Source: a virus. From it: DNA of 64,000 nucleotides. The notes under the pieces are model-generated. The model worked only from the letters and a program-made list of their open reading frames with translations, did no database searches and was not told where the DNA came from. Shown here piece by piece: positions 36,287 to 45,712 of this stretch (positions are counted from its first letter, which is position 1; every line of letters begins with the position of its first letter). The position numbers and the translations under genes were made by a program. Location: positions 44,996 to 108,995 of the IMG/VR virus record IMGVR_UViG_3300005805_000051. The stretch is one strand, 5' to 3'.

Positions 36287-36916
36287 TTACTTTCTCTGAT
36301 ACGACCACTTTCGCTCGGTCGTACGAAGCGCGCTCCAGCCAAGTGACTTCAGATACGCATGGGTTTCGCTGTGCTTATACAGACCCACATCGTCAAACAC
36401 CCAGACGGCCCCCTGCGGAGAGCGGGGATGGAAGAAATCGATTTCCGTTTTTAGATGACGCACGGTGTGCGGCCCGTCAAAATGCACGAAGCTATACTGG
36501 TTGACCAGTTGCTTATGTTCATTATAGACCGGCACGCCATCCGCGTACCGGGTAAAGAACTCCGTATCTTCTAAGTTGAAGAACAGGAAGGAGATTTCCC
36601 GACGCTGGCAGAGCAGATACATGTTTGCTAGACAGTCATCGCGCATGCTGTTCGTGTAATCGCAGCGGATGACCTGCTCATCGTCCCCTTCGGGATATTC
36701 AATATTCCCATAGGGGTCAATCGCGATATGCGTCTTCTTCTGTTCTGTCTTGAACAGCGTGTCGATGATGTGAAACGACCCACCCCCACGACGCAAGCCG
36801 ATTTCGCAGGTGAAACCGTCCACATCCTTGATGCGTTCGATTCCTTCAACAATCACATCGTAGTTCAAGCTATCAGTTTCAAACTCAGGTTCAATCGTAA
36901 AGTTCGTGACGCGCAT
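36287..36916 (-). CDS. Class I SAM-dependent methyltransferase (TylF/Methyltransf_24-like)
   Basis: CEIGLRRGG, IAIDPY, FVHFDGPH, WVFDD. Confidence 0.8.
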   Translation of the reverse strand: MRVTNFTIEPEFETDSLNYDVIVEGIERIKDVDGFTCEIGLRRGGGSFHIIDTLFKTEQKKTHIAIDPYGNIEYPEGDDEQVIRCDYTNSMRDDCLANMYLLCQRREISFLFFNLEDTEFFTRYADGVPVYNEHKQLVNQYSFVHFDGPHTVRHLKTEIDFFHPRSPQGAVWVFDDVGLYKHSETHAYLKSLGWSALRTTERKWSYQRK

Positions 36917-36927
36917 ACCAATCCTCG

Positions 36928-37530
36928 TTACTGTGAAAGTTGAGATAACCGCTGACGGAGAGCTTTTGCCATGATGTGCATCAAGCAACTATGCACATCT
37001 TCGACCGTTTCATATGCAGATAATGGCACATGTAGATTTACATCCGCAAGGTCGCGTAACGGACCCCCAGTGAATCCGGTCAACGTAATCAACTGGAGAT
37101 TCGGTCGTGCGGAACGCACGAACCGAGCGGTATGCACGACATTCAGTGAGGTACCGCTGGAACTAATCAGCACGACGACGCCGGGGTCATCTTGACGAGT
37201 GTGTCGACGCAATTGTAGCGTAAACACTTCTTCGTAGCTGATGTCGTTACTAATCGCCGTCATCAGCGGAATATTCGTCGCGAGGCTGATCACATGATTA
37301 CTGAAGCGACCATAGGAACTTCCCTTGAGATGGTCGCACGCCCAATGCTGTGAAATTGCCGCAGACGCACCGTTTCCTCCAACAAAAACGGGATAGTGTG
37401 CCGTAGCTGCTTCTACTAGTATATCTAACGCATACGCGAGCTGCGTGGAATCGATGCTCGTCAGACCCCGATGCACATCGGCCGCGTGGTCAGTATGTAA
37501 CTTCGTTAAATTGATTTCGTCGGTCATCAT
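36928..37530 (-). CDS. gmhA: Sedoheptulose-7-phosphate isomerase (SIS domain)
   Basis: GNGASAAISQH, TAISND..YEEVF, ISSSGTS.NV, LTGF.GG, EDVH. Confidence 0.88.
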   Translation of the reverse strand: MMTDEINLTKLHTDHAADVHRGLTSIDSTQLAYALDILVEAATAHYPVFVGGNGASAAISQHWACDHLKGSSYGRFSNHVISLATNIPLMTAISNDISYEEVFTLQLRRHTRQDDPGVVVLISSSGTSLNVVHTARFVRSARPNLQLITLTGFTGGPLRDLADVNLHVPLSAYETVEDVHSCLMHIMAKALRQRLSQLSQ

Positions 37531-38533
37531 AAACGATACGCACTCCAGTATAATCGAAACTCACAGGATAGCAAGTATAATCACGATAGAGTTCTCGTTG
37601 TGCCCGCAACGCGAGATGTGGGTCTGGCGCACAGAAGAGCAGATAGCCGCCGTTTCCAGCACCGAGCAGCTTACCCCCAAGCAATCCAAATTCTAATCCC
37701 TGTTGATACACGGTATCAATGTGCGAGGTGGAAATCGCAGGATGCAGAGTGCGCTTGATTTGCCATGCATCGTTGAGTAACCGACCGAACGAATAAATGT
37801 CGCGCAAGCTGACATATTGCGTCGCCTGTCGGGCCAGATCGGCGAGGTGATTGATTTCCGATACCGGCATCGGCGTCTTCAGAATCTCATTTGCAGACAC
37901 CGTGCGTTCCGGCATTTGTACCAAGAATAAACACCCCGCGAGTTCGTCCCATCGCGCACCATGTAGGGTGGGTTGCGACATGTCGTCAAGAGTTTTGATC
38001 TGTACGCCGTGTCGAGGAGTGCCCGCATGAACGCCATATTGTGCGAACAGAAATCCTCCGTGCGCCGCCGCAATATGGTCTTGAATTCCGATCGGTGACT
38101 TCACGCGGGTGAGTTCAATGTGTTGAGCATGCAGTCGTGTGAGTGTTGGGTCGAAGTTTCCCGCATCGATATGCGGCATCTTATATGCCATTAGTGCATG
38201 AGATAAGCATACGGTAAATGCACTACTCGCTCCGAGTCCTGTCCCAACGGTCGGAATATCTGCAAACGAAGTAATCTCAATGTGGGAAGTTGCATCGAAA
38301 TACCGCAAACTTTCCGCCACGATATCGTGTTGCAGTTCTGCGGGTGATGTTGCATACTCGGTCTTGGAATACGACAACTTGATATGTGGCAGTGGCGTGG
38401 GCATCACGGCGACATACACATACTTGTTGAAGGTAACGGACAGCGTAGCCCCACCATGTGTTTCATAGTGAGCCGGGATATCCGACCCTCCTCCGAAAAA
38501 GCTCAGTCGTAACGGAGCTTTGACTAGAATCAT
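37490..38533 (-). CDS. hddA: D-glycero-alpha-D-manno-heptose-7-phosphate kinase (GHMP family)
   Basis: KAPLRLSFFGGGSD, GTGLGASS, G.QD...A.GG, W..KR, GGKLLGAGNGG. Confidence 0.88.
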   Translation of the reverse strand: MILVKAPLRLSFFGGGSDIPAHYETHGGATLSVTFNKYVYVAVMPTPLPHIKLSYSKTEYATSPAELQHDIVAESLRYFDATSHIEITSFADIPTVGTGLGASSAFTVCLSHALMAYKMPHIDAGNFDPTLTRLHAQHIELTRVKSPIGIQDHIAAAHGGFLFAQYGVHAGTPRHGVQIKTLDDMSQPTLHGARWDELAGCLFLVQMPERTVSANEILKTPMPVSEINHLADLARQATQYVSLRDIYSFGRLLNDAWQIKRTLHPAISTSHIDTVYQQGLEFGLLGGKLLGAGNGGYLLFCAPDPHLALRAQRELYRDYTCYPVSFDYTGVRIVYDDRRNQFNEVTY

Positions 38534-39507
38534 TCCGCAACCTCTTCCTTCAGCTCGGCAATCAGTTGCTTCCACTTATGAATAATAGTTGGCCATCCAA
38601 AGCGCCCAACGGCATATGCACGAGTCATCGCTCGCTGCTGCGTGGAATCCGCATAGAAGGTCGTATCACGCATTGCAAGGATGGTCTTTGCGAGATGTTC
38701 CGCAAAATATTGAGCATGCGCTTGCGTTTCAGCAGTCCCATCATACCAGTGAGTCAATCCACCCGAGGTATCAGGCAGTGCTGCTAGATTCGGATGCACA
38801 CACAGACAGCCGGCCATCATTGCTTCAATCAGACACCGACAGGAGGTTTCTTGCCAGATGGACGGATAGGCAAAGATGTGCGCTTGCTGATACGCCGCAC
38901 GAACTTCTTCCTGTGAGACAGCAGCATGATAGCGAATCTTCGGGTGATTCTTGCACTCGTCAAAGAGTGCTTGATACGGCTGATCGCGCTCTTCCCATCC
39001 ATACAACTTGAAGGACGAGAACACATCCAGTTCAATATAATCGAAGATGGAGGCTAAGTGCTTGAATACCGGTACAAGGATTTCTAATCCTCGATGGGGC
39101 GTCGACGTGTAGATGAGACGAATCGGATTTGTACGCGGGTCGGGTTTTTCAACAAACGGAATCGGGTCAACGCCGGTTTCAATGACGCGGTGCTTGCGTG
39201 AGTATGGCAGATTCAGATGCGTTTGAAACTGCTGATACTGCCAATGGGAAGAAAAGACAATCCGATCGAAGCGATCACGACTACTGGCTGCTTGCAAGTG
39301 CGACGCTTCAGGATCATGCGGCAAATCATGCAGATGATAAATGCGAAGCTTGTCGGGATCGAGTTCGCGCACTCGCGAGGTGATGATTTGCACCCCATCA
39401 AGTTCTTCGGGTTCCAGCAAATCAAACAGTCGCCGGGTGGTGATTTCTGTGCCACCGTTCGCGTTCTTGTTCAGTTCATTTACGCCAATCAAATCTTGGT
39501 TTCGCAT
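38530..39507 (-). CDS. Glycosyltransferase (GT4/GT-B)
   Basis: GGTE, IYTSTPHRGL, FAYPSIWQETSC..LIEAM.AG. Confidence 0.9.
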   Translation of the reverse strand: MRNQDLIGVNELNKNANGGTEITTRRLFDLLEPEELDGVQIITSRVRELDPDKLRIYHLHDLPHDPEASHLQAASSRDRFDRIVFSSHWQYQQFQTHLNLPYSRKHRVIETGVDPIPFVEKPDPRTNPIRLIYTSTPHRGLEILVPVFKHLASIFDYIELDVFSSFKLYGWEERDQPYQALFDECKNHPKIRYHAAVSQEEVRAAYQQAHIFAYPSIWQETSCRCLIEAMMAGCLCVHPNLAALPDTSGGLTHWYDGTAETQAHAQYFAEHLAKTILAMRDTTFYADSTQQRAMTRAYAVGRFGWPTIIHKWKQLIAELKEEVAE

Positions 39508-39510
39508 ACT

Positions 39511-40068
39511 CTATTCCTCACGAAGGCGTGTCGTATAGCCGAGTCGTTGAAGACCGGGACTCATAATCAATTGACACGCATCATACACATCGGTTGCACT
39601 GAACGAGGGATAGATATTCGACCCCCCATCATCATATTTAGCCCCCACAAAAATCGTGGTTAACCCCGCCCGATGACCGCAGACGATATCTTTCCAGCGA
39701 TCACCAATCATAAAACTCTGTCGAGGGTCGATGTGATATTTGTCTATCAACTTCAACACCGATCCGGCGTTTGGTTTATAATCGGGGCTTTGCCTATCGC
39801 TGCAATACACAATCTCATCGAATCCAAACTCGCGATACAGGTGTGCGTGGAACTGCTCCAACACCTCAACTGCCAACACACCATCACGAATGCCGGGTTG
39901 ATTTGTGACCACGAAATGCTTGTAATAGGGTCGGGTCAGCGCAAGGGCATCATGAATACGCGGATAGAGTTCGAACTCTTCGGGTATCCATGCAGAGGTC
40001 TGCTCGGTGCCACGGTCAATGAGTTTGGTCAGCACCCCATCACGATCGAAAAAAATCGCGTTGGTCAT
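39511..40068 (-). CDS. gmhB: D,D-heptose 1,7-bisphosphate phosphatase (HAD IIIA)
   Basis: FFDRDGVL, VVTNQPG, KP..G, SFMIGDRWKD..G..AG. Confidence 0.9.
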   Translation of the reverse strand: MTNAIFFDRDGVLTKLIDRGTEQTSAWIPEEFELYPRIHDALALTRPYYKHFVVTNQPGIRDGVLAVEVLEQFHAHLYREFGFDEIVYCSDRQSPDYKPNAGSVLKLIDKYHIDPRQSFMIGDRWKDIVCGHRAGLTTIFVGAKYDDGGSNIYPSFSATDVYDACQLIMSPGLQRLGYTTRLREE

Positions 40069-40071
40069 GAC

Positions 40072-40497
40072 TTAGTACTGCTTCCATTGTCGCGCCCAGA
40101 CGCGTTGACGTAACTCGCTAGAGCTAAAGGTATGCAGTCGCGGAATAAACTCGATCGCAATCCCACGACGCTCACAGACCGCTTTTCCCGTATAGTCCCG
40201 TTGTGATGTATAATCTGACCCCAAGAACCGTACATCGAGAAGTTCAATCGCTAGCAAGTTTTCTAAATCCGCTTCCGTCTCATATGGAATGATACGCGTG
40301 ACGCAGGAGAGGGCGGACAGTTGGAGCCAGCGTTCGTAGAGCGTTTGCACGGGGGCATTTTTTGTCACACGGTCAACTTGGGGATTTGCATGCAAGCCGA
40401 CCACTAATGAGTCACACCGATTGCTACAGGCGGCGAGAAAATGCACATGACCGGGATGTAGTAAATCAAATGCCCCGCAGGTAAATCCAATACGCAT
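40072..40497 (-). CDS. HxGH nucleotidyltransferase (TagD/HldC-like)
   Basis: GAFDLLHPGH, LVVGL, RFLGSDY, SSSELR; SD GAGGA before ATG 40497. Confidence 0.88.
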   Translation of the reverse strand: MRIGFTCGAFDLLHPGHVHFLAACSNRCDSLVVGLHANPQVDRVTKNAPVQTLYERWLQLSALSCVTRIIPYETEADLENLLAIELLDVRFLGSDYTSQRDYTGKAVCERRGIAIEFIPRLHTFSSSELRQRVWARQWKQY

Positions 40498-40505
40498 ATA
40501 TCCTC

Positions 40506-41060
40506 TTATCGAAACGGTGGCCCGTCCGCCCAGACCACAAGTGCCCGTCGAGTACCACGCGTCACCGGAGTCACCCCGTGCAATACGAATGACGGAAAGA
40601 TAATCGCATCGCTTTTTTTGCGCGATGCGATGTGCGGAAAATCTGAAGTGAGCTTGAGCTGTACATCCCCGCCCTCGTATGTATCGCCATCGCTGAGTTG
40701 GATGGTCATACTGAGCTTCCGCGGCTGGACGGTATTCGGGGCCCAATCCAGATGATCACGAAACTGCCCATTATACTCAGGGCTATATTCCGTGTATTGG
40801 ATTTGGGTCAATGATGACAACTCATAATCAAAGTGTTCGCGATTGACTTGAAACAAATATCGCGCCATCTTTTCATAGAGCCAACGCGTATCATCGGTGA
40901 CTGCAAACAAGTGAAGTCGACATCGGCGAAACTGATGATCGCGTGTTTCGAGCGGGTGTTTTGCGACATACGCAAGCAACCACTCGATTTCTCTATCGGT
41001 CAAGACGCGTTCGGTGGATTGAAACGCTTCTCGTTGTACAGGAGGAACCAGCGCAAACAT
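40506..41060 (-). CDS. 2OG-Fe(II) oxygenase
   Basis: QYTEY..HLD..RKLSMTIQLS..YEGG..FPSF.LHGVTPVTRG.R. Confidence 0.92.
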   Translation of the reverse strand: MFALVPPVQREAFQSTERVLTDREIEWLLAYVAKHPLETRDHQFRRCRLHLFAVTDDTRWLYEKMARYLFQVNREHFDYELSSLTQIQYTEYSPEYNGQFRDHLDWAPNTVQPRKLSMTIQLSDGDTYEGGDVQLKLTSDFPHIASRKKSDAIIFPSFVLHGVTPVTRGTRRALVVWADGPPFR

Positions 41061-41067
41061 GATAATC

Positions 41068-41661
41068 TCATCGGAACTCTGGGCCAACGACCCAGACGAC
41101 CAGCGAACGGCGCAGGCCTCGGGTTACGGGAGTCACTCCATGCAAGAGGAATGATGGAAATAACACACCGTCACCCTTTGTTCGTGATGCGAGATAGGGT
41201 TTTGCCGAGGACAACTTGATTTCGAGATCGCCGCCTTCATAGTCGGCGCCGTCAGTAAGTTGAATCGACATACTGAGCTTTCGCGGAGTAGCGGTATTAC
41301 CAGCCCAGTCGAGATGGTCGTGATAAACGCCATTATCCGTATGATGATATTCGGTATACTGAATCTCCTGTAACGCATGGAGTTCGTATCCGAAGAATTT
41401 CTGATTCATTTCAAACACGAATTGCGACAGTTTATTGTAGAGCCACTTCGTCTCGTCATTGATACGGAGGAAGTTGATTTTGCTGCGCCGCACCGAATCA
41501 TCACTAATCCCGCCGGGTTTTGTGCCCCCGATCAAGCCTTCCTGTCGATCGAGAGTATCCACATACTTCACGACCCGAGTGACTTCGTTATTAGTTAGGA
41601 CTTGCTGAAACTGACGAAATGGTTCCGTATTTTTCGGAGGCACAATATAAAACATACTCAC
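41068..41661 (-). CDS. 2OG-Fe(II) oxygenase, tandem paralog
   Basis: Same HxD..H..R motifs as the neighbouring gene. Confidence 0.92.
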   Translation of the reverse strand: MSMFYIVPPKNTEPFRQFQQVLTNNEVTRVVKYVDTLDRQEGLIGGTKPGGISDDSVRRSKINFLRINDETKWLYNKLSQFVFEMNQKFFGYELHALQEIQYTEYHHTDNGVYHDHLDWAGNTATPRKLSMSIQLTDGADYEGGDLEIKLSSAKPYLASRTKGDGVLFPSFLLHGVTPVTRGLRRSLVVWVVGPEFR

Positions 41662-41673
41662 ATATCCTTTACA

Positions 41674-42021
41674 TCAAGCAGGGGGTAACGAAAAGAACGA
41701 TTCATCTCCCTCGATAGGTACGGCGCGCCAACCAATTGCTGCGAGAGCTTCTGCAATTTCAGGATAGATAACGCCTGCGGGCCCGGAACAATAAAAGTCC
41801 AAATAATCTTCGTTCTGGTCACGCAAGTCTGCCACAATTCCACCAGCAGTGCGCCATGTGCAACCAACGGGCGTCGGATCGTCCTGATAGTAGAGATCGG
41901 TATTGCACAGGGCTGAATACAGATGCTGGGCGAATATCTTATCCTGAAGCCGAGCGCGAATCTCAGGGTTGCCGCGTAATGCAGCGATAAACGACGCAAG
42001 GGAGACGGTGGGAGGAGTCAT
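41674..42021 (-). CDS. Hypothetical phage protein
   Basis: AQ.LY.ALCN..W R.AGGIVADL...DYLDFYCSG. Confidence 0.75.
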   Translation of the reverse strand: MTPPTVSLASFIAALRGNPEIRARLQDKIFAQHLYSALCNTDLYYQDDPTPVGCTWRTAGGIVADLRDQNEDYLDFYCSGPAGVIYPEIAEALAAIGWRAVPIEGDESFFSLPPA

Positions 42022-42036
42022 ACGTGTAGTATACCA

Positions 42037-42969
42037 TCAGAAGGTGACGCTGACTACAAATCCTGTCTGCGTCGGGTTTGTGCCGGTAGATAGACCAAGA
42101 TACGGACTGAGCCAGACATTCGTGAAGGGCTGATTGCGGAAGGTGCCGATATTGAGCGAGACGGGGAGGATACCGATTCCGCGTGTGCTGTTATTGATGG
42201 TAGCTGCGGGGGTCAGAAACGCCCAGCGGGTGTTTTCGACGGAGCGAGACTTGCCGTGTTTTAGCCACGGCAACGCAATCACCCCTGCGGTTGATGCGGT
42301 CGCTTTTGCGCCCGGCACGGTAGGAATCGTGACAATTGCCCCCCACCCGCCTTGCAGTGTCGGCTTCACATACCACCCTTCACCAGCGGGAGTGGTCACC
42401 ACCGTCGTCGTATCGGTCACCGGGATCAGCGTACGTTCATTGTTCGGGCCGATTTCGTACAACCGAATCAGATTGGTCGCAACATTTTGTTTCGTGCGAC
42501 CCACCGTGTTGACAATCGCAAACTGCTGTGAGAGGGTATACGATGCCCGGGTGCCGACGCTTTCAAAGGAAAGACGCCAATCTTTGAAGCTGACCGTGGG
42601 AGGAGCGTCCAGCGTCGTATCGACGGGAATGTTCCATGTAACGGTGCCGGTGCCACGACTATCGGACTGTGCGAGTGACCATGATAGTTGATCCACCTCG
42701 ATTTTGAGCTTTCGATTTTCTTTTAGAAGTGCCGATACCTGTGCGCGATCTTCCGTCGGCACATAACGCGTTACCACCTTTTCGGTGATAATGGCCTCGG
42801 GGATGCGAATCGTTTTGACGCCGGGAACGGGATGACTGATGCTCGGTGGTGTCACGATTTCCGACTGAAACGCACCAAAAATCGCCGCGAGCGCAAACAA
42901 GAGATTGAAGAGAATCAATCCAAGAACGACATACTGCCCGTATTTGCGAAACGCATTCACGTATTCCAT
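42037..42969 (-). CDS. Membrane-anchored protein with a beta-rich C-terminus ending in Phe
   Basis: N-terminal TM, short coiled coil, terminal GFVVSVTF; late promoter at 42990-42984. Confidence 0.6.
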   Translation of the reverse strand: MEYVNAFRKYGQYVVLGLILFNLLFALAAIFGAFQSEIVTPPSISHPVPGVKTIRIPEAIITEKVVTRYVPTEDRAQVSALLKENRKLKIEVDQLSWSLAQSDSRGTGTVTWNIPVDTTLDAPPTVSFKDWRLSFESVGTRASYTLSQQFAIVNTVGRTKQNVATNLIRLYEIGPNNERTLIPVTDTTTVVTTPAGEGWYVKPTLQGGWGAIVTIPTVPGAKATASTAGVIALPWLKHGKSRSVENTRWAFLTPAATINNSTRGIGILPVSLNIGTFRNQPFTNVWLSPYLGLSTGTNPTQTGFVVSVTF

Positions 42970-42986
42970 ATTCACCTCTACTATAT

Positions 42987-43355
42987 TTAGACGCGTTCCC
43001 ACACATGGGAGGAGCTTAACCGAAATGCACCGAGATACCCCGACCACCCCGAATGTTGTGGTGCAATCAACGATAAAAAGCGTTTATCGCGGTAGTCATA
43101 CAGATAATAAGTTTGCCCCACGACCGGAGTAAAATTAATCTCGCTGTTATACACTAATCGATTTGTCTCATAATCAGCCAGCAATTTTTCATAGACGACG
43201 CGTAGCTCGTCGTAGCGTTCGACAAAGTGATGCTCGACATCTGGCGATACACGGGTCTTCCACAATGTGATGTCGTCTCGATGGATCGGGGGCGCACTGG
43301 AGTCCAACGCATAATCTAACCCTGAAGCAAAAATTAACGCCGTGGTGTTACTCAT
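42987..43355 (-). CDS. DUF2452-like protein
   Basis: F.PVVGQTYYLY...FLSLIAP..W...LG.FRL....W. Confidence 0.75.
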   Translation of the reverse strand: MSNTTALIFASGLDYALDSSAPPIHRDDITLWKTRVSPDVEHHFVERYDELRVVYEKLLADYETNRLVYNSEINFTPVVGQTYYLYDYRDKRFLSLIAPQHSGWSGYLGAFRLSSSHVWERV

Positions 43356-43361
43356 GATAAT

Positions 43362-44372
43362 TTAATATAGATCACTATATCTTTTAGGAACGAGCGTGGA
43401 CGAAAGCCACTCAATGATGTTAGTTGCAATCGTCGGAATTTCTGCATTGCGTCGGAACCATTCCTGCCCGCCGCGACGCACTTTGTCGAGTAGGGCTAGA
43501 TCGCCGCGCACTTGTGCGAAGCGGTCAACAATCCGCTGGGCAAAAATTTCTGGTGTGGGGTCGAATTCAATCGCAAAATAATGCTCGTTATTGATGAGCG
43601 GTTCCATGCGGGTCGCGTGGGTGAACGGATGCATGAAGAGCGGATAGCCGCCACATAGAAGGTCAAACTCCCGAAAACAGAATCCTGATGTGCCTCGTAG
43701 GGCAAGCGATCCGCGATGAGACGCATATTCGCGAATCAATGCACCTTTCTCGATAACTCGATGATTGAACCCATTTTCTGCAAGGCGACCTTCATAGAAC
43801 TGGACATCAGGATGATTTCGTAAATGCACCAGTGCTTGACGCTCAGGGGTGCGTTCGTGAATGGTTCCGGCAAAAACAAGCTTATCAATCGTGCCTGTAT
43901 AGGGTGGGAGTTCTGTAAATGCGGATTGCAAATAACGACTGTGGGGGTCTTCCGCGACAAATGAAAACTCGTTTCGTGAAAAATACCCCGGCACTAACTT
44001 CGACACATTATAATTAGGATTGTGTGCGGCCAGTTTTTCAAATTCGTGCTGACGATGCTGCGACACCATCGCTCCCATGCATTTGGGATGTGACGAGGCT
44101 TCGAGAGCCGTCTGCGGGCCGTCGGTCATGTCGATGACGACAAATGTGCCTTTTTCTCCATAAAGAAACAATACTTGCCCGTCGATGTTGTATAAAGAGT
44201 CGTTTTCAACTTTCGGAAACCGACGAAACGACCCCTCCGCGTCAATCCAATATGTCATGTGTCGCGTGACATTTCGAATCGGAAGACGCGCTAATACTTG
44301 GTCTGCGACCCGAGAGTATAAATCTTGCCCTGCCGGCCAGAGATTGAGAGTGACAGCATCGTAGAAGTGCAT
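43362..44372 (-). CDS. Hypothetical protein, possibly glycosyltransferase-like
   Basis: LVFAG..R, LALRG...CFREFD, L....HY resemble GT-B C-terminal motifs. Confidence 0.5.
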   Translation of the reverse strand: MHFYDAVTLNLWPAGQDLYSRVADQVLARLPIRNVTRHMTYWIDAEGSFRRFPKVENDSLYNIDGQVLFLYGEKGTFVVIDMTDGPQTALEASSHPKCMGAMVSQHRQHEFEKLAAHNPNYNVSKLVPGYFSRNEFSFVAEDPHSRYLQSAFTELPPYTGTIDKLVFAGTIHERTPERQALVHLRNHPDVQFYEGRLAENGFNHRVIEKGALIREYASHRGSLALRGTSGFCFREFDLLCGGYPLFMHPFTHATRMEPLINNEHYFAIEFDPTPEIFAQRIVDRFAQVRGDLALLDKVRRGGQEWFRRNAEIPTIATNIIEWLSSTLVPKRYSDLY

Positions 44373-44398
44373 GTGGCGAGTATACCACAGATATGTAG

Positions 44399-44490
44399 TG
44401 GTCCTCTCACTTGGATTCGAACCAAGACTACGCCCACATCTAGGGCTGCGGCGGTATAAGCACCGTGTGCTGCCGTTACACTATGAGAGG
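44399..44490 (-). tRNA. tRNA-Ile(UAU) with a long variable arm
   Basis: CCTCTCA/TGAGAGG acceptor stem plus ACCA; anticodon loop CT-TAT-AC; 22-nt variable region. Confidence 0.8.
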
Positions 44491-44495
44491 AAAGA

Positions 44496-44570
44496 TGGTG
44501 GGTCCGGCAGGGATCGAACCTGCGACAAACTGGTTAAAAGCCAGCGGCTCTACCACTGAGCTACGGACCC
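44496..44570 (-). tRNA. tRNA-Lys(UUU)
   Basis: GGGTCCG..CTGG CT TTT AA CCAG..GGTTCGAT..ACCA. Confidence 0.95.
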
Positions 44571-44601
44571 GAACGAGATTTAGTATACCATAAATACGGA
44601 C

Positions 44602-45213
44602 ATGAATATCTTCCGTTCAAAATCATTTATTGCTGCCTGCGCGTGTGCTGGATTTGCTGTGTTGCTCTTTGCCTTCAACGACGCGACGGCTTTCTGCGTC
44701 ACTCCGCCCGTATCTAAACAAGGCGCTCGGCCACGCACGACCTTCCGCTATCGTGTGGTCGGGTATCAGCCCACAGGGGCGGAGGCGTGTGTTGACCGTG
44801 CATTTGCCGCATGGAACGACGCACTAGTCGATGGGTCAAATATTCAATTCATCCCTGCGGGAAGTAAAGAAAAAATTGATGTCACTATTTTCTTTACCGA
44901 CATCAAAGGTGACGTTGCGGGAGAAGAAATCGCCGGCGGAACAACCCCGGCGTTCAGAGATGCGGAGGGGTATGTAACGGGATTTGGAATTATGATTTCC
45001 ACGAATCCCGCTCTCGTATCGTCTTGCGACGGCTACTATAAAGTAACCCTGCACGAAATTGGACACGGATTAGGACTCGGGCATCCCTATGGGATTAACG
45101 GCACATCCGTGATGAATATGCTGTCTTCTACGAACGACGAGGGCGGGAACGTAGCAGAGTTTCCAACTGCATGCGATATCGGGCAGATCGAGTCCGCGAC
45201 CACGTATCGATAG
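44602..45213 (+). CDS. Secreted matrixin (M10-like) zinc metalloprotease
   Basis: Signal peptide, HEIGHGLGLGH, Met-turn SVM. Confidence 0.88.
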   Translation: MNIFRSKSFIAACACAGFAVLLFAFNDATAFCVTPPVSKQGARPRTTFRYRVVGYQPTGAEACVDRAFAAWNDALVDGSNIQFIPAGSKEKIDVTIFFTDIKGDVAGEEIAGGTTPAFRDAEGYVTGFGIMISTNPALVSSCDGYYKVTLHEIGHGLGLGHPYGINGTSVMNMLSSTNDEGGNVAEFPTACDIGQIESATTYR

Positions 45214-45568
45214 CATCCCCTTCGTCTTCATCCGGCTCGGCACCGTCGTCATCGTCGTCGTCCGGTTCATCATCATTCGGCAGCGTCTGATTACTCACTG
45301 CATCCACGATCACGGGTTCTGGAGTAGATGCCGCAAAACCCATCGGGGTCTTCGAACTCTTGCCGGCGCTCATCTCGTCGTCCTCATCAGAAAAATCGAT
45401 CACATCATCCAGTTCTTGCCAAATCGCGAGTCCGATTTTTCCCAGTGCAGCGATTTCTGCCTCTTCCGTGAGCTTCTTGTGCTGAAGATCACCCCTGACA
45501 GTATCGAACCCATCGATGAGTCCGCGTGAAATTGCACTCGCTACGATGTTCTTGATGTGAACTCGCAT
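45128..45568 (-). CDS. Acidic hypothetical protein
   Basis: ORF downstream of a late promoter (45608-45602); 3' end overlaps the matrixin gene. Confidence 0.6.
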   Translation of the reverse strand: MRVHIKNIVASAISRGLIDGFDTVRGDLQHKKLTEEAEIAALGKIGLAIWQELDDVIDFSDEDDEMSAGKSSKTPMGFAASTPEPVIVDAVSNQTLPNDDEPDDDDDDGAEPDEDEGDAIDTWSRTRSARYRMQLETLLRSRPRRS

Positions 45569-45620
45569 ACGGCCTGCTTTCTGAGAGACGAACGTTTATA
45601 GTATTTAGTGAATAGAAGGG

Positions 45621-45706
45621 TGGTGCCTCTGACAGGATTCGAACCTGTAAGCCTGTGAAGGCGGTTGATTTTAAGTCAACCGTGTATGCCGTTCCACCAC
45701 AGAGGC
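45621..45706 (-). tRNA. tRNA-Leu(UAA)
   Basis: GTTGA CT TAA AA TCAAC, long variable arm, CCA. Confidence 0.95.
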
Positions 45707-45712
45707 GTATAT

